Shown here: positions 50,842-60,332 of the stretch, piece after piece
Layout: every line of letters begins with the position of its first letter
Numbering within the stretch: the stretch's first letter is position 1
Source of the DNA: Candidatus Marinacidobacterales bacterium
GTDB taxonomy: Bacteria; Acidobacteriota; Vicinamibacteria; Marinacidobacterales; SMYC01
Length of the DNA: 64,000 bases
Direction of reading: 5' to 3'
Assembly: GCA_965237955.1 (NCBI GenBank)
Contig: OZ250169.1
Location: forward strand, 5,952,001 to 6,016,000
Position numbers and translations under genes: made by a program
Notes under the pieces: generated by a model
What the model was told of the DNA's origin: nothing
The model's database searches: none
Seen by the model: only the letters and a program-made list of their open reading frames with translations

Positions 50842-51732
50842 TCAGTACAAAAGGCGCGCGAGCTTAGTTCTATAATCATCCGCCAGCTCGCTGCGGACAC
50901 CGATCACGTGGAAGATGTCGACCATCATCGTCTTCGCTTTTCCCTTGGCGAGATCGCGGTCGAGCTCGGCTGCTCGCAGAAGCGACTCGAGCGCTTCGGG
51001 GTATCGTTTTTCGGCGGCGAGGAGCTGGCCGATCTGGAGTAGCACGCTCCCCTGCTTGGGATTTCCTTCGAGTTGTCGTCGTAGCTGGTCTTCGGTCACA
51101 TCGGGGCTCAGCCCATGAAGCGAAAGTCCCGAACGTAAGTGCTCGAGACGCTCCGCATGCGTTCCGGAAGGCGGCCAAAGCCTGTCAACGATGGTGCGGA
51201 CCTCGTCATCCACACCTTTGGCCAACAACACTTCCGCCAGCCCAATACTCGCGCCGTCATGATCAGGGCTCGTCTTGAGGACCTTCCGGTAAAGAGAGAC
51301 GGCTTGGTCCGGGTCATCGGCTTGCAACTTATCGGCGCGCTCCACCATAAGCTCGATCTCCGAAGGCGACAAACGCGCTAGAAACTCCCGTACTGATTCT
51401 TCCGGGAGCGCCCCGGAAAACTCATCGGCGGGCTCGCCGTTCTTGAACGCGATCACGGTCGGTATGCTGCGGATGCCGAAAACTTGAGCGAGTTGTTGGG
51501 CTTGGTCGGTGTTCACTTTTGCGAGCAGAAACTTGCCGTTGTATTCGGCTGCGAGCTTCTCGAGCGTCGGTCCGAGAACTTTATAAGGACCACACCACTC
51601 CGCCCAGAAATCGACGACCACGGGAAGCTCGTGCGAGCGTTTCAGCACTTCCTTCTCGAACGTTTGATCGGTGACGTCGACAACCCATTCCGCGCTCAAA
51701 TTTCCTCCTCTAACCTCTATGTCACCGTGCAA
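50842..51732 (-). CDS. Thioredoxin-TPR chaperedoxin (CnoX/YbbN family)
   Basis: VVVDFWAEWCGPYK, IRSIPTV, C-terminal TPR ending YRTKLARLLY. Confidence 0.88.
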   Translation of the reverse strand: MHGDIEVRGGNLSAEWVVDVTDQTFEKEVLKRSHELPVVVDFWAEWCGPYKVLGPTLEKLAAEYNGKFLLAKVNTDQAQQLAQVFGIRSIPTVIAFKNGEPADEFSGALPEESVREFLARLSPSEIELMVERADKLQADDPDQAVSLYRKVLKTSPDHDGASIGLAEVLLAKGVDDEVRTIVDRLWPPSGTHAERLEHLRSGLSLHGLSPDVTEDQLRRQLEGNPKQGSVLLQIGQLLAAEKRYPEALESLLRAAELDRDLAKGKAKTMMVDIFHVIGVRSELADDYRTKLARLLY

Positions 51733-52831
51733 GCTCGAACACGCCGAGCGTTTGTCCGGCTGGGTCCGGCTGAAATCGCTCCACGCTCTCGAGCGCTTTT
51801 TTCCCGGCGGCGTCGACTTCCGCTTCGACCTCGCGTTCAGCTTGCTCCAACACTTCGTAGTTCGAGAGCGTTTCGGACAAGGATAGCTCCGCCTCCCCCA
51901 AGTAGGCCTCGTACATGCCTACCGGATCCCTCTTGCCCCAGTAGACGAAGTCCTCGTCGGGAAGGATCTTGCGCGACTCGCCCTCGTCGTGGGTCGCGTG
52001 TCCGCCCATGCGGAACGTCTTCGCGGTGATCACCACCGGCCCCTTGCCGAGACGAGCGAGCTCGCCGGCAAGCGCGGTCGTGGCGTAGACGTCGAGGACG
52101 TTGTTTCCGTCGCAGACGTACTTCGTCGCTGCGTAGATCGTGGCGACGCTGTCCATCGGGGCAGCACTGTGCTGCGCCCGCGGCGTTCCGAGCGCTATGT
52201 GATTGTCCTGCACGAAGACCAGCAACGGAAGCGAGAGCGCCTTGGCGCACATGACACCCTCGTGAAACGCCGTGGTGCGGGTACTACCGTTCCCCACCCA
52301 CGTGAGCGCGATGTTGTCTTTGTTCTGGATCTTGAAGGAAAGCGCAATCCCCGCGAGAACGGGCACGAGCGAGCCCACCATACTGATGGGCGAGACCACG
52401 CCCTTCGACAGATCGCCGAAGTGTAGGTCGCGTCCCGCGGTGGGAGAGTCCGCGGTACCCAAATACGCCCGCAGCACGTCGACGAGCGGCATTCCCATCT
52501 CGTGGCACGCGCCAGCGTTACGGATCATTGGACCGACGACATCACCTTTCTGAAGAGCGTGCACCGCACCCACGGTAGTCGCTTCCTCACCGGTTCCGAG
52601 CCATGCCTTCGAGATCACACCTTGCCGTACCCATCGCTTCAGCGCGATGTCGTGAAGTCGATTGCGGACGAGCCCTTTGTAGAGGGCCACGTGTTGCATG
52701 GGCGTGAGCGCCGCGACGACGCTCTTGCGGATGGGGTCTTGCGACACCCGCGCGCGGAACTCCGCCATCACCGATGGTTCGGGCGTCCAACTTTGGTACT
52801 CGGGCGGATCGTAGGCAGCGTAGCGTTTCAT
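51722..52831 (-). CDS. TPP-dependent 2-oxoacid dehydrogenase E1 alpha-like subunit
   Basis: GEEA, G(N)GST..FHEG..N, DGNNVL, RMGGHATHD, DP; ATG 52831. Confidence 0.87.
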   Translation of the reverse strand: MKRYAAYDPPEYQSWTPEPSVMAEFRARVSQDPIRKSVVAALTPMQHVALYKGLVRNRLHDIALKRWVRQGVISKAWLGTGEEATTVGAVHALQKGDVVGPMIRNAGACHEMGMPLVDVLRAYLGTADSPTAGRDLHFGDLSKGVVSPISMVGSLVPVLAGIALSFKIQNKDNIALTWVGNGSTRTTAFHEGVMCAKALSLPLLVFVQDNHIALGTPRAQHSAAPMDSVATIYAATKYVCDGNNVLDVYATTALAGELARLGKGPVVITAKTFRMGGHATHDEGESRKILPDEDFVYWGKRDPVGMYEAYLGEAELSLSETLSNYEVLEQAEREVEAEVDAAGKKALESVERFQPDPAGQTLGVFELAR

Positions 52832-52850
52832 GCAGGTGCGAGGTTCTTCG
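52714..52850. repeat. 137-bp direct repeat, copy 1
   Basis: Matches 59007-59143 with 4 mismatches by eye. Confidence 0.9.
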
Positions 52851-53073
52851 AGCCGTCGGCATTCATGATCCACAGAGCCGTCTCCCAACGGTCGTGGATC
52901 GCGTCGACCCAACGGCGCTCGTAGACGATCTGTTTGCCGTCGGGCGAAAGCTGCGGGCGAGCGACGTCTTCCCAGTCCAGGTAACGATCGACGGTGAGTC
53001 GGTTCTTGGCTGGCGCAGCCAGAGCAGAGCCAGCGAACAAAACGAGCGAAAGCGCGAGCAGACGGACGCGCAT
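52851..53073 (-). pseudogene. S9-family peptidase, N-terminal fragment
   Basis: Signal peptide, LDWEDVARPQLSPDGKQIVY..WIMNADGS, then runs into the direct repeat. Confidence 0.72.
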
Positions 53074-53248
53074 GATTCCCTCCCAGGAGGGTTCAGTCTA
53101 CGTATTACAGAACGCCGTGCAAGCTCCTGCCCTTGACTCGGCGAAAGACTCCCCTCCTTTACTGCGACGCCGTAGCGGCAGATAGCGAGTTCGAAGGGGG
53201 GTACCAGCCCCCCCATGGGCAAGACAGCTCCCGACCACCTCGGGACTC

Positions 53249-54430
53249 TCATCCGCTGCTACCCCCGCGCCACCACCAGCTTGCCGCTTTGCGCTCCCCG
53301 AACCGGAGAAGCATGTCGAGCTTCAACATCAAGCTTCTCAGAGGCGTTCCGGCAAGCCATAGCCCGAGACGATTCCACCATTTGGAGAAGTCCTTGTTGT
53401 ATGGGCAGACCCGGATGCAGATGGAGCAATCGCTGTTCTGCCCGACCCAGAAGCCGAAGCACTTTTCCGCATCGACGCTCCACTTGGTGACTCCGACGAG
53501 GTTCGAGCGGTTGTAGACACGCTCGCTCGGTGCGTCGAACGGGATCGCCTGCGCGGGACAGGCCTCCGCACATCTGCGGCACGTGTCGCAGAACTCTTTG
53601 ACGCCGAAGAAGCGGGGCCGGTCGTGCACGAGCGGCAGGTCGGTGAAGATCTTCCCGAGTCGAACCCGCGGACCGAACTCCTTCGTGATGAGCAGACCGA
53701 GGCGGCCGTACTCTCCGAGACCTGCCTGGATGGCGAAGGGCACGTCGAGCGCAGTGTCGTTCAAGCTCTCCACGGCCCGATACCCGAGATTCCGAATGTA
53801 CTGGCCCAGTGAAAGCAGGAGCACCGTGTCTTGCGAGTAGCCGAGCCCGGTGGCGGCACCGCTGAGCGCTGAAGGTACGGTCTGGATCAGGTCGTAGTCC
53901 ATGCTCGTTGCGATGACGATGACGTTGTCGAGCCCCTCGGGAAGCTCGTTCGGCTTCTCTTTCTCGGTCTGTGCGCTGTACTTGTGGCTGTATACCCATC
54001 GCTCGTCGAAGGCGGTGACGCCGACGAGGCTGGCGCCGAACGCTCGGGCGACGCGTTTGATCTCGGTGGTCGTCTCCTCCGGCGAGGATGAGGCCTGCTT
54101 CTCGTCGGCCGCGCCGCGGAGGACGGTGAACTCGTCGAGGAAACCCTCGCGGCGGTCGTTCTCCTCGAATCGCTCCGCAAAGATGTCGGTCACGTACCAG
54201 GAAGCGTTCCGCACCGAATAGTCGCTCTGCCGGTAGCCATCCACCTGGCGGAAATGTTTGAGCGGCGTGCGATAGGTCTCGTAGAAGATCTCGGTCTTCT
54301 CGGACCGAACCTCGGGGTCCCAGAAGGAACGGCAGAAGATGTCGTTCCGCTGGCTGAAACGGTGGAAGCCCTCCTGGATGATGAAACCGGCGGCGCCATC
54401 TCGCTCATCGCGCGCTGGGGGTTTCGGCAT
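53249..54430 (-). CDS. Reductive-dehalogenase-like cobalamin/2x[4Fe-4S] protein, no Tat signal
   Basis: IKRVARAFGASLVGV..WVYS, AIQAGLGEYGRLGLLITKEFGPRVRL..TDLPL, CDTCRRCAEACP, C..CSICIRVCP. Confidence 0.85.
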   Translation of the reverse strand: MPKPPARDERDGAAGFIIQEGFHRFSQRNDIFCRSFWDPEVRSEKTEIFYETYRTPLKHFRQVDGYRQSDYSVRNASWYVTDIFAERFEENDRREGFLDEFTVLRGAADEKQASSSPEETTTEIKRVARAFGASLVGVTAFDERWVYSHKYSAQTEKEKPNELPEGLDNVIVIATSMDYDLIQTVPSALSGAATGLGYSQDTVLLLSLGQYIRNLGYRAVESLNDTALDVPFAIQAGLGEYGRLGLLITKEFGPRVRLGKIFTDLPLVHDRPRFFGVKEFCDTCRRCAEACPAQAIPFDAPSERVYNRSNLVGVTKWSVDAEKCFGFWVGQNSDCSICIRVCPYNKDFSKWWNRLGLWLAGTPLRSLMLKLDMLLRFGERKAASWWWRGGSSG

Positions 54431-54442
54431 CAGGCGGGTTGG

Positions 54443-55078
54443 CTAACGCTTGGAGACCGAGCCGGAACCGGTAACGGTAACTGCCACTACCGGATTACCG
54501 ATATATTCTACTCTGCCCGAGCCGGTCACGTTGAGGGCAACCACCGAGCTGACGAGGTTCTCGGCCCGATACTGTCCGGAGCCGGTGATGTTGAGTGTCT
54601 GCCGATCGGTTCGACCCTCGAGGGTCGCAGTGGTGGAGCCCGAGAGGTCGACCGTGAGCGCATCGGTGTCGATGCTGGAGGCGCTGACCGAGAGCGATCC
54701 TGCGGCCGTCAAGGCCCGAAGCTCGTCGGCGGTGATGTCATGGCGGATCGGGGATCGGGTCGTGAAGCGCGTGCCCTGCCGGGGGCCCACCACCAGAGTT
54801 CTGTCGACGACGGTGGATTCGAGAAGAGGCAGGATGTTGTCGTCGGCGGTGATAGAGAGGGACTCGGTGCCCGTTCTGTCGATGAGGACCTCGCCGGGCC
54901 CGGATGCGGAGACTGCATCGAAGCCGCTGACATCCCGCGACTCGGTGGCGGGGTTGCCGGATCCGACGATCTGGTCTTCCGTGTCGTCAACTCCGTCCGG
55001 CAACGTCGTACTGTCACTGCACCCAGCGAGCCAGGCGGCAAGGAGGAGACAAACGAAGTTGAAAGTACGGTCAGACAT
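54443..55078 (-). CDS. GIN/DUF2807-domain lipoprotein
   Basis: Lipobox LAGC, GSGN..ESRDVSGF, ADDNILP, repeated xTGSG motifs. Confidence 0.82.
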   Translation of the reverse strand: MSDRTFNFVCLLLAAWLAGCSDSTTLPDGVDDTEDQIVGSGNPATESRDVSGFDAVSASGPGEVLIDRTGTESLSITADDNILPLLESTVVDRTLVVGPRQGTRFTTRSPIRHDITADELRALTAAGSLSVSASSIDTDALTVDLSGSTTATLEGRTDRQTLNITGSGQYRAENLVSSVVALNVTGSGRVEYIGNPVVAVTVTGSGSVSKR

Positions 55079-55273
55079 TCGTCGACGCCAAACCGCACGT
55101 TAGCGCCCGCGCGCATACAAGTCAAAATTTGTGGATTTCGGGCAGTTTCTGTTGCCCGGAGGGTGTTTCGTGTTACACTCATTTGTGTATGTTGTCAAGT
55201 AAATTCGGACCGATGCGTCCACAGGCTAAGAGACTGAACCCAGCCGCTTGATAATAACCTTCGAGCCCTGACA

Positions 55274-55459
55274 GAGACAGGCGGCTTCATCTTGCCACTG
55301 GGAGCGGATCCCACCCGGGCAAACACTCGTCGCCTTGGATGCCAAGTAGTCCTTCTCCAATAGAACGACGCCGTGACACCCGAGCTCGGTGAGGTGGTAG
55401 GCAATGGACGCGCCGGTGATCCATCCACCGATGACCACACAGTCCGCTCGTGCACTCAT
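55274..55459 (-). pseudogene. FAD-dependent oxidoreductase (sarcosine oxidase beta-like), N-terminal fragment
   Basis: VVIGGWITGASIAYHL..LLEK..GGIRSQW, truncated. Confidence 0.75.
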
Positions 55460-55475
55460 CTTCTTATTCGGGAGG

Positions 55476-56972
55476 TCAGGTCGAGTAGAGCTTGTCGAGA
55501 TCGACTCCGGCGCGTCGGAGTCCTGTCCAGCGGATCAAGAACAGCAGCGACACCGCGCCGACCGCGACCAGGTATGCCCAGGTCGAGCGATAGTACCAGT
55601 CGTCCACGTCGGCCCGGAGATCCTTCATAACTTGAGCAACGAGGAGCACGCTGAGGAGGAGCGCCCCGCTCCCGCCCAACAGAATCTGCGCCCACCGAGA
55701 CTTCATGAGCCGCAATTCCGCGGCCAGGGAGGGATTTCGCTTGGCGAGGAAGACAAGCGACAGGCATACGAGAATGAAGTTCACCAGCATTCCGATGACC
55801 AAGACGTCGACTCCGAGGAAGAAGTCACCGGCAAGATGACACCCGAAGATGCCGACCGTCGCGATGCAGCTGCTGAGCATGATGGCAACGTGGGGCGTGC
55901 GCCAACGGGGGTGGATGGCGGACGCGGAGCGAAAGAAGATGCCGTCCTCCGCCCAGGCGAACATGAGCCTGGAGACGGCAAGCATCATCCCAGGCAAACT
56001 GTTGAAGAGGGCGAAGGTGGCCGCACCGACGATCGCGACCGTCCATGCCGGCGAGAGGAGATACCCAAGGAGTCCCGGCGCCGTGAGGTCGGTGGTGGCG
56101 GCGCGTTCAGCGATGAAGTACCACGGCACGGCGTGGTAAACCGCGCCGGTGAACAGGAGATAGTAGGCACTGACGATGAGGACGGAAATGCCGGTCGCCA
56201 GGGGTAGCATGACGTTGGGATTCTTGGCCTCGCTTCCGGCTTGTGCGATCGAGTCGAACCCGATGAATGACGCGAAGAGGATGGCGATCGCTGCCAGCCA
56301 GTGAAACGTGTCCAAGGGGCCGGCCGTCACTGGAGCAATAGTCACGCCTTCCGCCCGTGCGACGGCGGCCGCGAAATCGGCATGGTCGTACATGAAGCCA
56401 GTTGGGATCACGATGGCACCGCCGACGAATCCAAGGAACATCAGGCCGATCATGGCGCGCTCGTAGATCTTGATACCGAAGAGGTTGAGCGAGCTGGCTG
56501 CCCAAAGGAATACGAGAGCCAGCGTCACGCGAACCGGACCGGTTTCGAGGGCGGCGGCGAGCTCCTGAAAGCTCAGGGACGACGCGATGTCACGGATGAA
56601 CGGAACCAGGACGTACGCCACGACGCCCATACCTACCGAGAGCCCGAAGCATTGAGAGAAACTGGCGAGGAATCCAAAATAGGCGTGTAGGCTTCGGCTC
56701 GCGTACACATAGCTTCCGCCCGCGCGTGGCATCGCCGATGCCATGGCCCCGTAAGCAAGGGCTGCCAAAATGACTGGCACTATCGAGACAACGAACGCTG
56801 GCAGGACGTTGGGGCCAATCCCCGGGACGTTCCGCTGGAGCATGATGGGGACGACGTTGATGGCGCCACCAATCATGGAGCAGATGCCGGTGGCCACCAG
56901 GCCTAGCAAGCCCATCTCCCGCGCGAGCGTGACACCGCCGCGCTGGTCTTTGCCTATGCCGGCCTCTACCAT
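55476..56972 (-). CDS. APC-family amino acid permease
   Basis: About 12 TM helices, MPRAGGSYVY, FIGFD, HPRWRTP. Confidence 0.9.
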   Translation of the reverse strand: MVEAGIGKDQRGGVTLAREMGLLGLVATGICSMIGGAINVVPIMLQRNVPGIGPNVLPAFVVSIVPVILAALAYGAMASAMPRAGGSYVYASRSLHAYFGFLASFSQCFGLSVGMGVVAYVLVPFIRDIASSLSFQELAAALETGPVRVTLALVFLWAASSLNLFGIKIYERAMIGLMFLGFVGGAIVIPTGFMYDHADFAAAVARAEGVTIAPVTAGPLDTFHWLAAIAILFASFIGFDSIAQAGSEAKNPNVMLPLATGISVLIVSAYYLLFTGAVYHAVPWYFIAERAATTDLTAPGLLGYLLSPAWTVAIVGAATFALFNSLPGMMLAVSRLMFAWAEDGIFFRSASAIHPRWRTPHVAIMLSSCIATVGIFGCHLAGDFFLGVDVLVIGMLVNFILVCLSLVFLAKRNPSLAAELRLMKSRWAQILLGGSGALLLSVLLVAQVMKDLRADVDDWYYRSTWAYLVAVGAVSLLFLIRWTGLRRAGVDLDKLYST

Positions 56973-57085
56973 TTGAGCCTTCTCTGTATCCCCTCTTGAC
57001 GGGAGCAACGGTGGCGAAGTATACGCTAGGCAAACCGGTCGCGAGACACCATTGAGACATCTTCCACCAGGTTTGAGACAAGACA

Positions 57086-57280
57086 ATGAGGACCATCAGC
57101 GCTAAGCATCCCAAGGGCCAGGAGCCGCCCCGTACCTTGGGGGACAGTGTGAGACTCCTTCACCGCATTTTCTCCACCGGGGTAGAGTACTTCGTCAAGG
57201 GTAGAAGGATTCGTGGGGAGTTCTACCAAAAACAGAAAATAAAAGAGAAGATCTACATCGACGAAATCGACTGGATATGA
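57086..57280 (+). CDS. Small hypothetical protein coupled to the RdhA-like gene
   Basis: 64 aa; stop overlaps the next ATG (ATGA). Confidence 0.4.
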   Translation: MRTISAKHPKGQEPPRTLGDSVRLLHRIFSTGVEYFVKGRRIRGEFYQKQKIKEKIYIDEIDWI

Positions 57281-58261
57281 GCTTCAAGTCAAAAGAAGTC
57301 AACTCCCACACGACCCTTGCGTATCGCAAGCCGCCTATTTCTGGCAACATCATCAACGGCTTGGGTGAGAAGGAATGGAGGCAGGCGTCTCACGTCTTCC
57401 ACAATGACGGGGACGATGTGCTGCCGTGGGATCGACTCGACAACATCTTTGCCTACGTCAATCCGTGGCAAGTTGTGCTCCGCATCATGAGAAACATCTG
57501 GAACCTGAGGAAATCGGTGGGACCTACTGCGACGACCCGCCGTCCGGTCGAAGACCCCGCGGCGATGACAAGCGAGATCAAATCGCGCGCCAGGGCTTTG
57601 GGCGCTGGGCTGGTGGGTGTGACGCGCATCAAACCGGGCTACGTCTACGAAGGCCTCGAGATCCCGTACGAGAACGCCATCGCGATCGGGGTCGTCATGG
57701 ACCGCGACAAGATGAAAGAAGTCCCGGGCGTGGTCTCCGCAACGGAGGTCATGCACATCTATGCCGAGGTGGGGAGGATTACGTCCCAATTGTCGGAGGA
57801 GATCCGAGCGATGGGCTGGCCGGCTCGCGCCTACGGCAACCCCAACAGCGGCGACCTGCTGCACATCCCAGTGTCCATCGACTCCGGCTTCGGGCAACTG
57901 GGCAAGCACGGCTCCTTGATCTCGAAGGAGTACGGTTCGAATTTCCGTTTGGGGACCGTCGTCACCGACCTCCCGCTCGTGGCAGACGTTCCGGTGGACA
58001 TCGGGGTCGATGACTTGTGCACTCGGTGCAATATCTGTGTCCGCGAGTGTCCTGTGGGATGCGATCTACGACGACAAGCAGCCGGTGCGCGGCGTCGAGA
58101 AGTGGTACGTGGATTTCGACAAATGCATTTACTATTTCACCGAGACCGCCGGCTGCGGGATTTGCATCGAGGTGTGCCCCTGGAGTGAAGAGGGAAGGGG
58201 TCCTTGGCTGTCGGAAAAGCTACTGTCTAAGAGGACAGTGGCCGGCACCTCGCTCGATTGA
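57277..58261 (+). pseudogene. Second reductive-dehalogenase/QueG-like Fe-S protein, frameshift near 58055
   Basis: IKSRARALGAGLVGV, GFGQLGKHGSLISKEYG..TDLPL, CTRCNICVRECP, then DFDKC..CGICIEVCPW in the next frame. Confidence 0.8.
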
Positions 58262-58430
58262 TTTCACGCCGGCGGGCACGGCCGGCGGAGTATACTTGGC
58301 GCAAACTGTGGTACATGCCATCCTTTTCAGGAGGTGAGTTCCATGTCTCTATTCGGTAAGAACCTCCCCGATTACCTGCGATTCGTTCGCATCGGTATCA
58401 TTGCCATACTCGCGATGGGAGTCATTCGCT

Positions 58431-59006
58431 TCATCGTTGTTCGGTAATGAACGCGATCACGCGGAGTTCGCCGCCGCGCTCACACTTCAAGGGGTCGGTA
58501 AGATAGACCCGTCGAATGAGGCGCGCCCAGCTTCTTCTCAGAGCGGCGCGCTTTTGCGGTGAGAGTGGAGGCTCATCCTGAGCGGCCTGGGTATCCTTCA
58601 GAGCGAACGATTGCAGCGTGAGCTTTGTTTTTGCCCGGCAAGCTCGCGCTTTCGAAGAATAGGCACCGAAATAGTGAATGCCATGCTTGCGAGGCTCTGG
58701 AATCTGCGTCAGCACGCGTGCGATGAACTCGAAGATGTCTAGCGTCTCTCCTTCCGGATGTGAGTAGAGAGGGTCGTCGTGGGCGGCCTTCGACGCGTAG
58801 AAAAGCGTCTTGGCTCCCGGGGTCCAGTGACTCCGCGACAGACTCACCGGGCAGCGAAGCAGATAACGGCAAAGCCTTTCGAGCCCTTGCGTGTCTTCGG
58901 GCCATACCGTGGGAGACGTGTCGACGGAGAATCCGCTATGGCGAGAAAGGACGTGAGAAGCTCGATACGTTCGTCGCTCAACAGCCCCTCGCTTTTGAGG
59001 AACCGA
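58431..59006 (-). mobile_element. Degenerate IS91-like (rolling-circle) transposase remnant
   Basis: LLSDERIELL, FIARVLTQIPEPRKHGIHYFGAYS, WARLIRRVYLTDPLKC..LRVIAFITE; frameshifted and truncated at both ends. Confidence 0.72.
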
Positions 59007-59143
59007 CGACGACGCTCTTGCGGATGGGGTCTTGCGACACCCGCGCGCGGAACTCCGCCATCACCGATGGTTCGGGCGTCCAATTTTGGTACTCAGGCGG
59101 ATCGTAGGCAGCGTAGCGTTTCAAGCAGGTGCGAGGGTCTTCG
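59007..59143. repeat. 137-bp direct repeat, copy 2 (end of the aminotransferase plus a truncated E1-alpha start)
   Basis: Matches 52714-52850. Confidence 0.9.
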
Positions 59144-60332
59144 TCGTTGCCAGCAAGTGGTTGATGTCCGACTTGGTGTTGAAGAGCGCCGCGCCGGCCC
59201 GTATCTCGGTGCCGTTCTCGCGAAAGCCGACCACGATGTTCTCTTTCTCGAAGAGCGACTGCGCCGCCTTCGGGTCCGCGCCGTGGTAAAAGGACACGAT
59301 GGCGGAGGCGTTTCCCTCCGGAGTGCGCACCTTGAGGCCCTGGTCAACGAGTCCGGCTCGCATGTAGGACGCTAGACCCACCGTATGAGCCTCGATGCTC
59401 TCGAGACCAACATCGGTCAGGTACTTCAGTGCTGCAACCAGCTGATAGAGCGAACCAAAGGTAACCGTCGCGTACTCGTACTTCCTCGCCGTTTCGTGGA
59501 GACGAAACTCGTGCCCGGGAAGCGTCTCTTGAATCGAGAGCCAGCCCAACCGATCGGCGGGGATGCGCTCGAGATGCTCCTCACGAATGTAGAACGGAGC
59601 CACACCGTATGCCGCGAGAAGCCACTTGTACGTGCCCGAGGTCACGAAGTCGACGCCCTCGTCATGGAGGTTCGTCTGGAACATGCCGAGTGCTTGAATC
59701 CCATCGGCGTAGAGGTAGGCGCCGTGTGCGTGAGCGAGCTCGGCGAGACCTTTCAGATCGTGGCGAAACCCGTTCTTTTGGGAGACCCACGAGACGGACA
59801 CGATCCGCGTTCGGTCATCGACGAGAGGTTCGAAGCGTTCCGGGTCGGCGCGACCGTCCACCGAGCGCGCCACGCGGACCTCGATGCCCTTCGTTTTTTC
59901 GAGAGCCTTGTACAAGACGTAGGTCGTCTCGAAGTGCAGGTCGTCGACAACGACGTTATCGCCGGCCTTCCAATCGAGCGCTGCCGCCACGATGTTCTCA
60001 CCTTCACTGGTGGTAAAGAGAAACGCGACTTCCTCGGTTTTGGCGCCAAAGAGCGATGCGAACAGGCCGCGCGCTTCATCGGTTGTCTCGAACATGGAGC
60101 CGTGGGTGCGGCGAGCGGTCGTCTTTGCGCGCAGGAACGCAACACCCGCCTCCTCGACCGAGCGAGGTGGCGGCGAGATGAACGGAGTGTTGAGGTATGT
60201 GCAGTTCGTAGCAGCGGGAAAGTCCTTCCGTACGCCGAGAGGATCATCGCCGGCCGAAACCGTCAACGGGCGAGAAGCGGCGGCCAAGCCCGCGGCACTG
60301 GATGCCAGGAACGCTCTTCGGTCGAGTTTCAT
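59121..60332 (-). CDS. Tat-signal class V PLP aminotransferase
   Basis: DRRAFL Tat motif, YLN, TSEGEN, DGIQ, GTYKWL. Confidence 0.88.
   Translation of the reverse strand: MKLDRRAFLASSAAGLAAASRPLTVSAGDDPLGVRKDFPAATNCTYLNTPFISPPPRSVEEAGVAFLRAKTTARRTHGSMFETTDEARGLFASLFGAKTEEVAFLFTTSEGENIVAAALDWKAGDNVVVDDLHFETTYVLYKALEKTKGIEVRVARSVDGRADPERFEPLVDDRTRIVSVSWVSQKNGFRHDLKGLAELAHAHGAYLYADGIQALGMFQTNLHDEGVDFVTSGTYKWLLAAYGVAPFYIREEHLERIPADRLGWLSIQETLPGHEFRLHETARKYEYATVTFGSLYQLVAALKYLTDVGLESIEAHTVGLASYMRAGLVDQGLKVRTPEGNASAIVSFYHGADPKAAQSLFEKENIVVGFRENGTEIRAGAALFNTKSDINHLLATTKTLAPA

Noticed and set aside
53100-53245. tRNA-Sec or other ncRNA in the GC-rich spacer containing GTTCGA
   Set aside because: No acceptor stem or UCA anticodon arm could be built; it may be a mobile-element end but this is unsupported.
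58343-58447. rdhB membrane anchor downstream of the second RdhA-like gene
   Set aside because: Only 34 codons with one hydrophobic stretch, cut by the IS91-like remnant; the RdhA-like protein also lacks a Tat signal.
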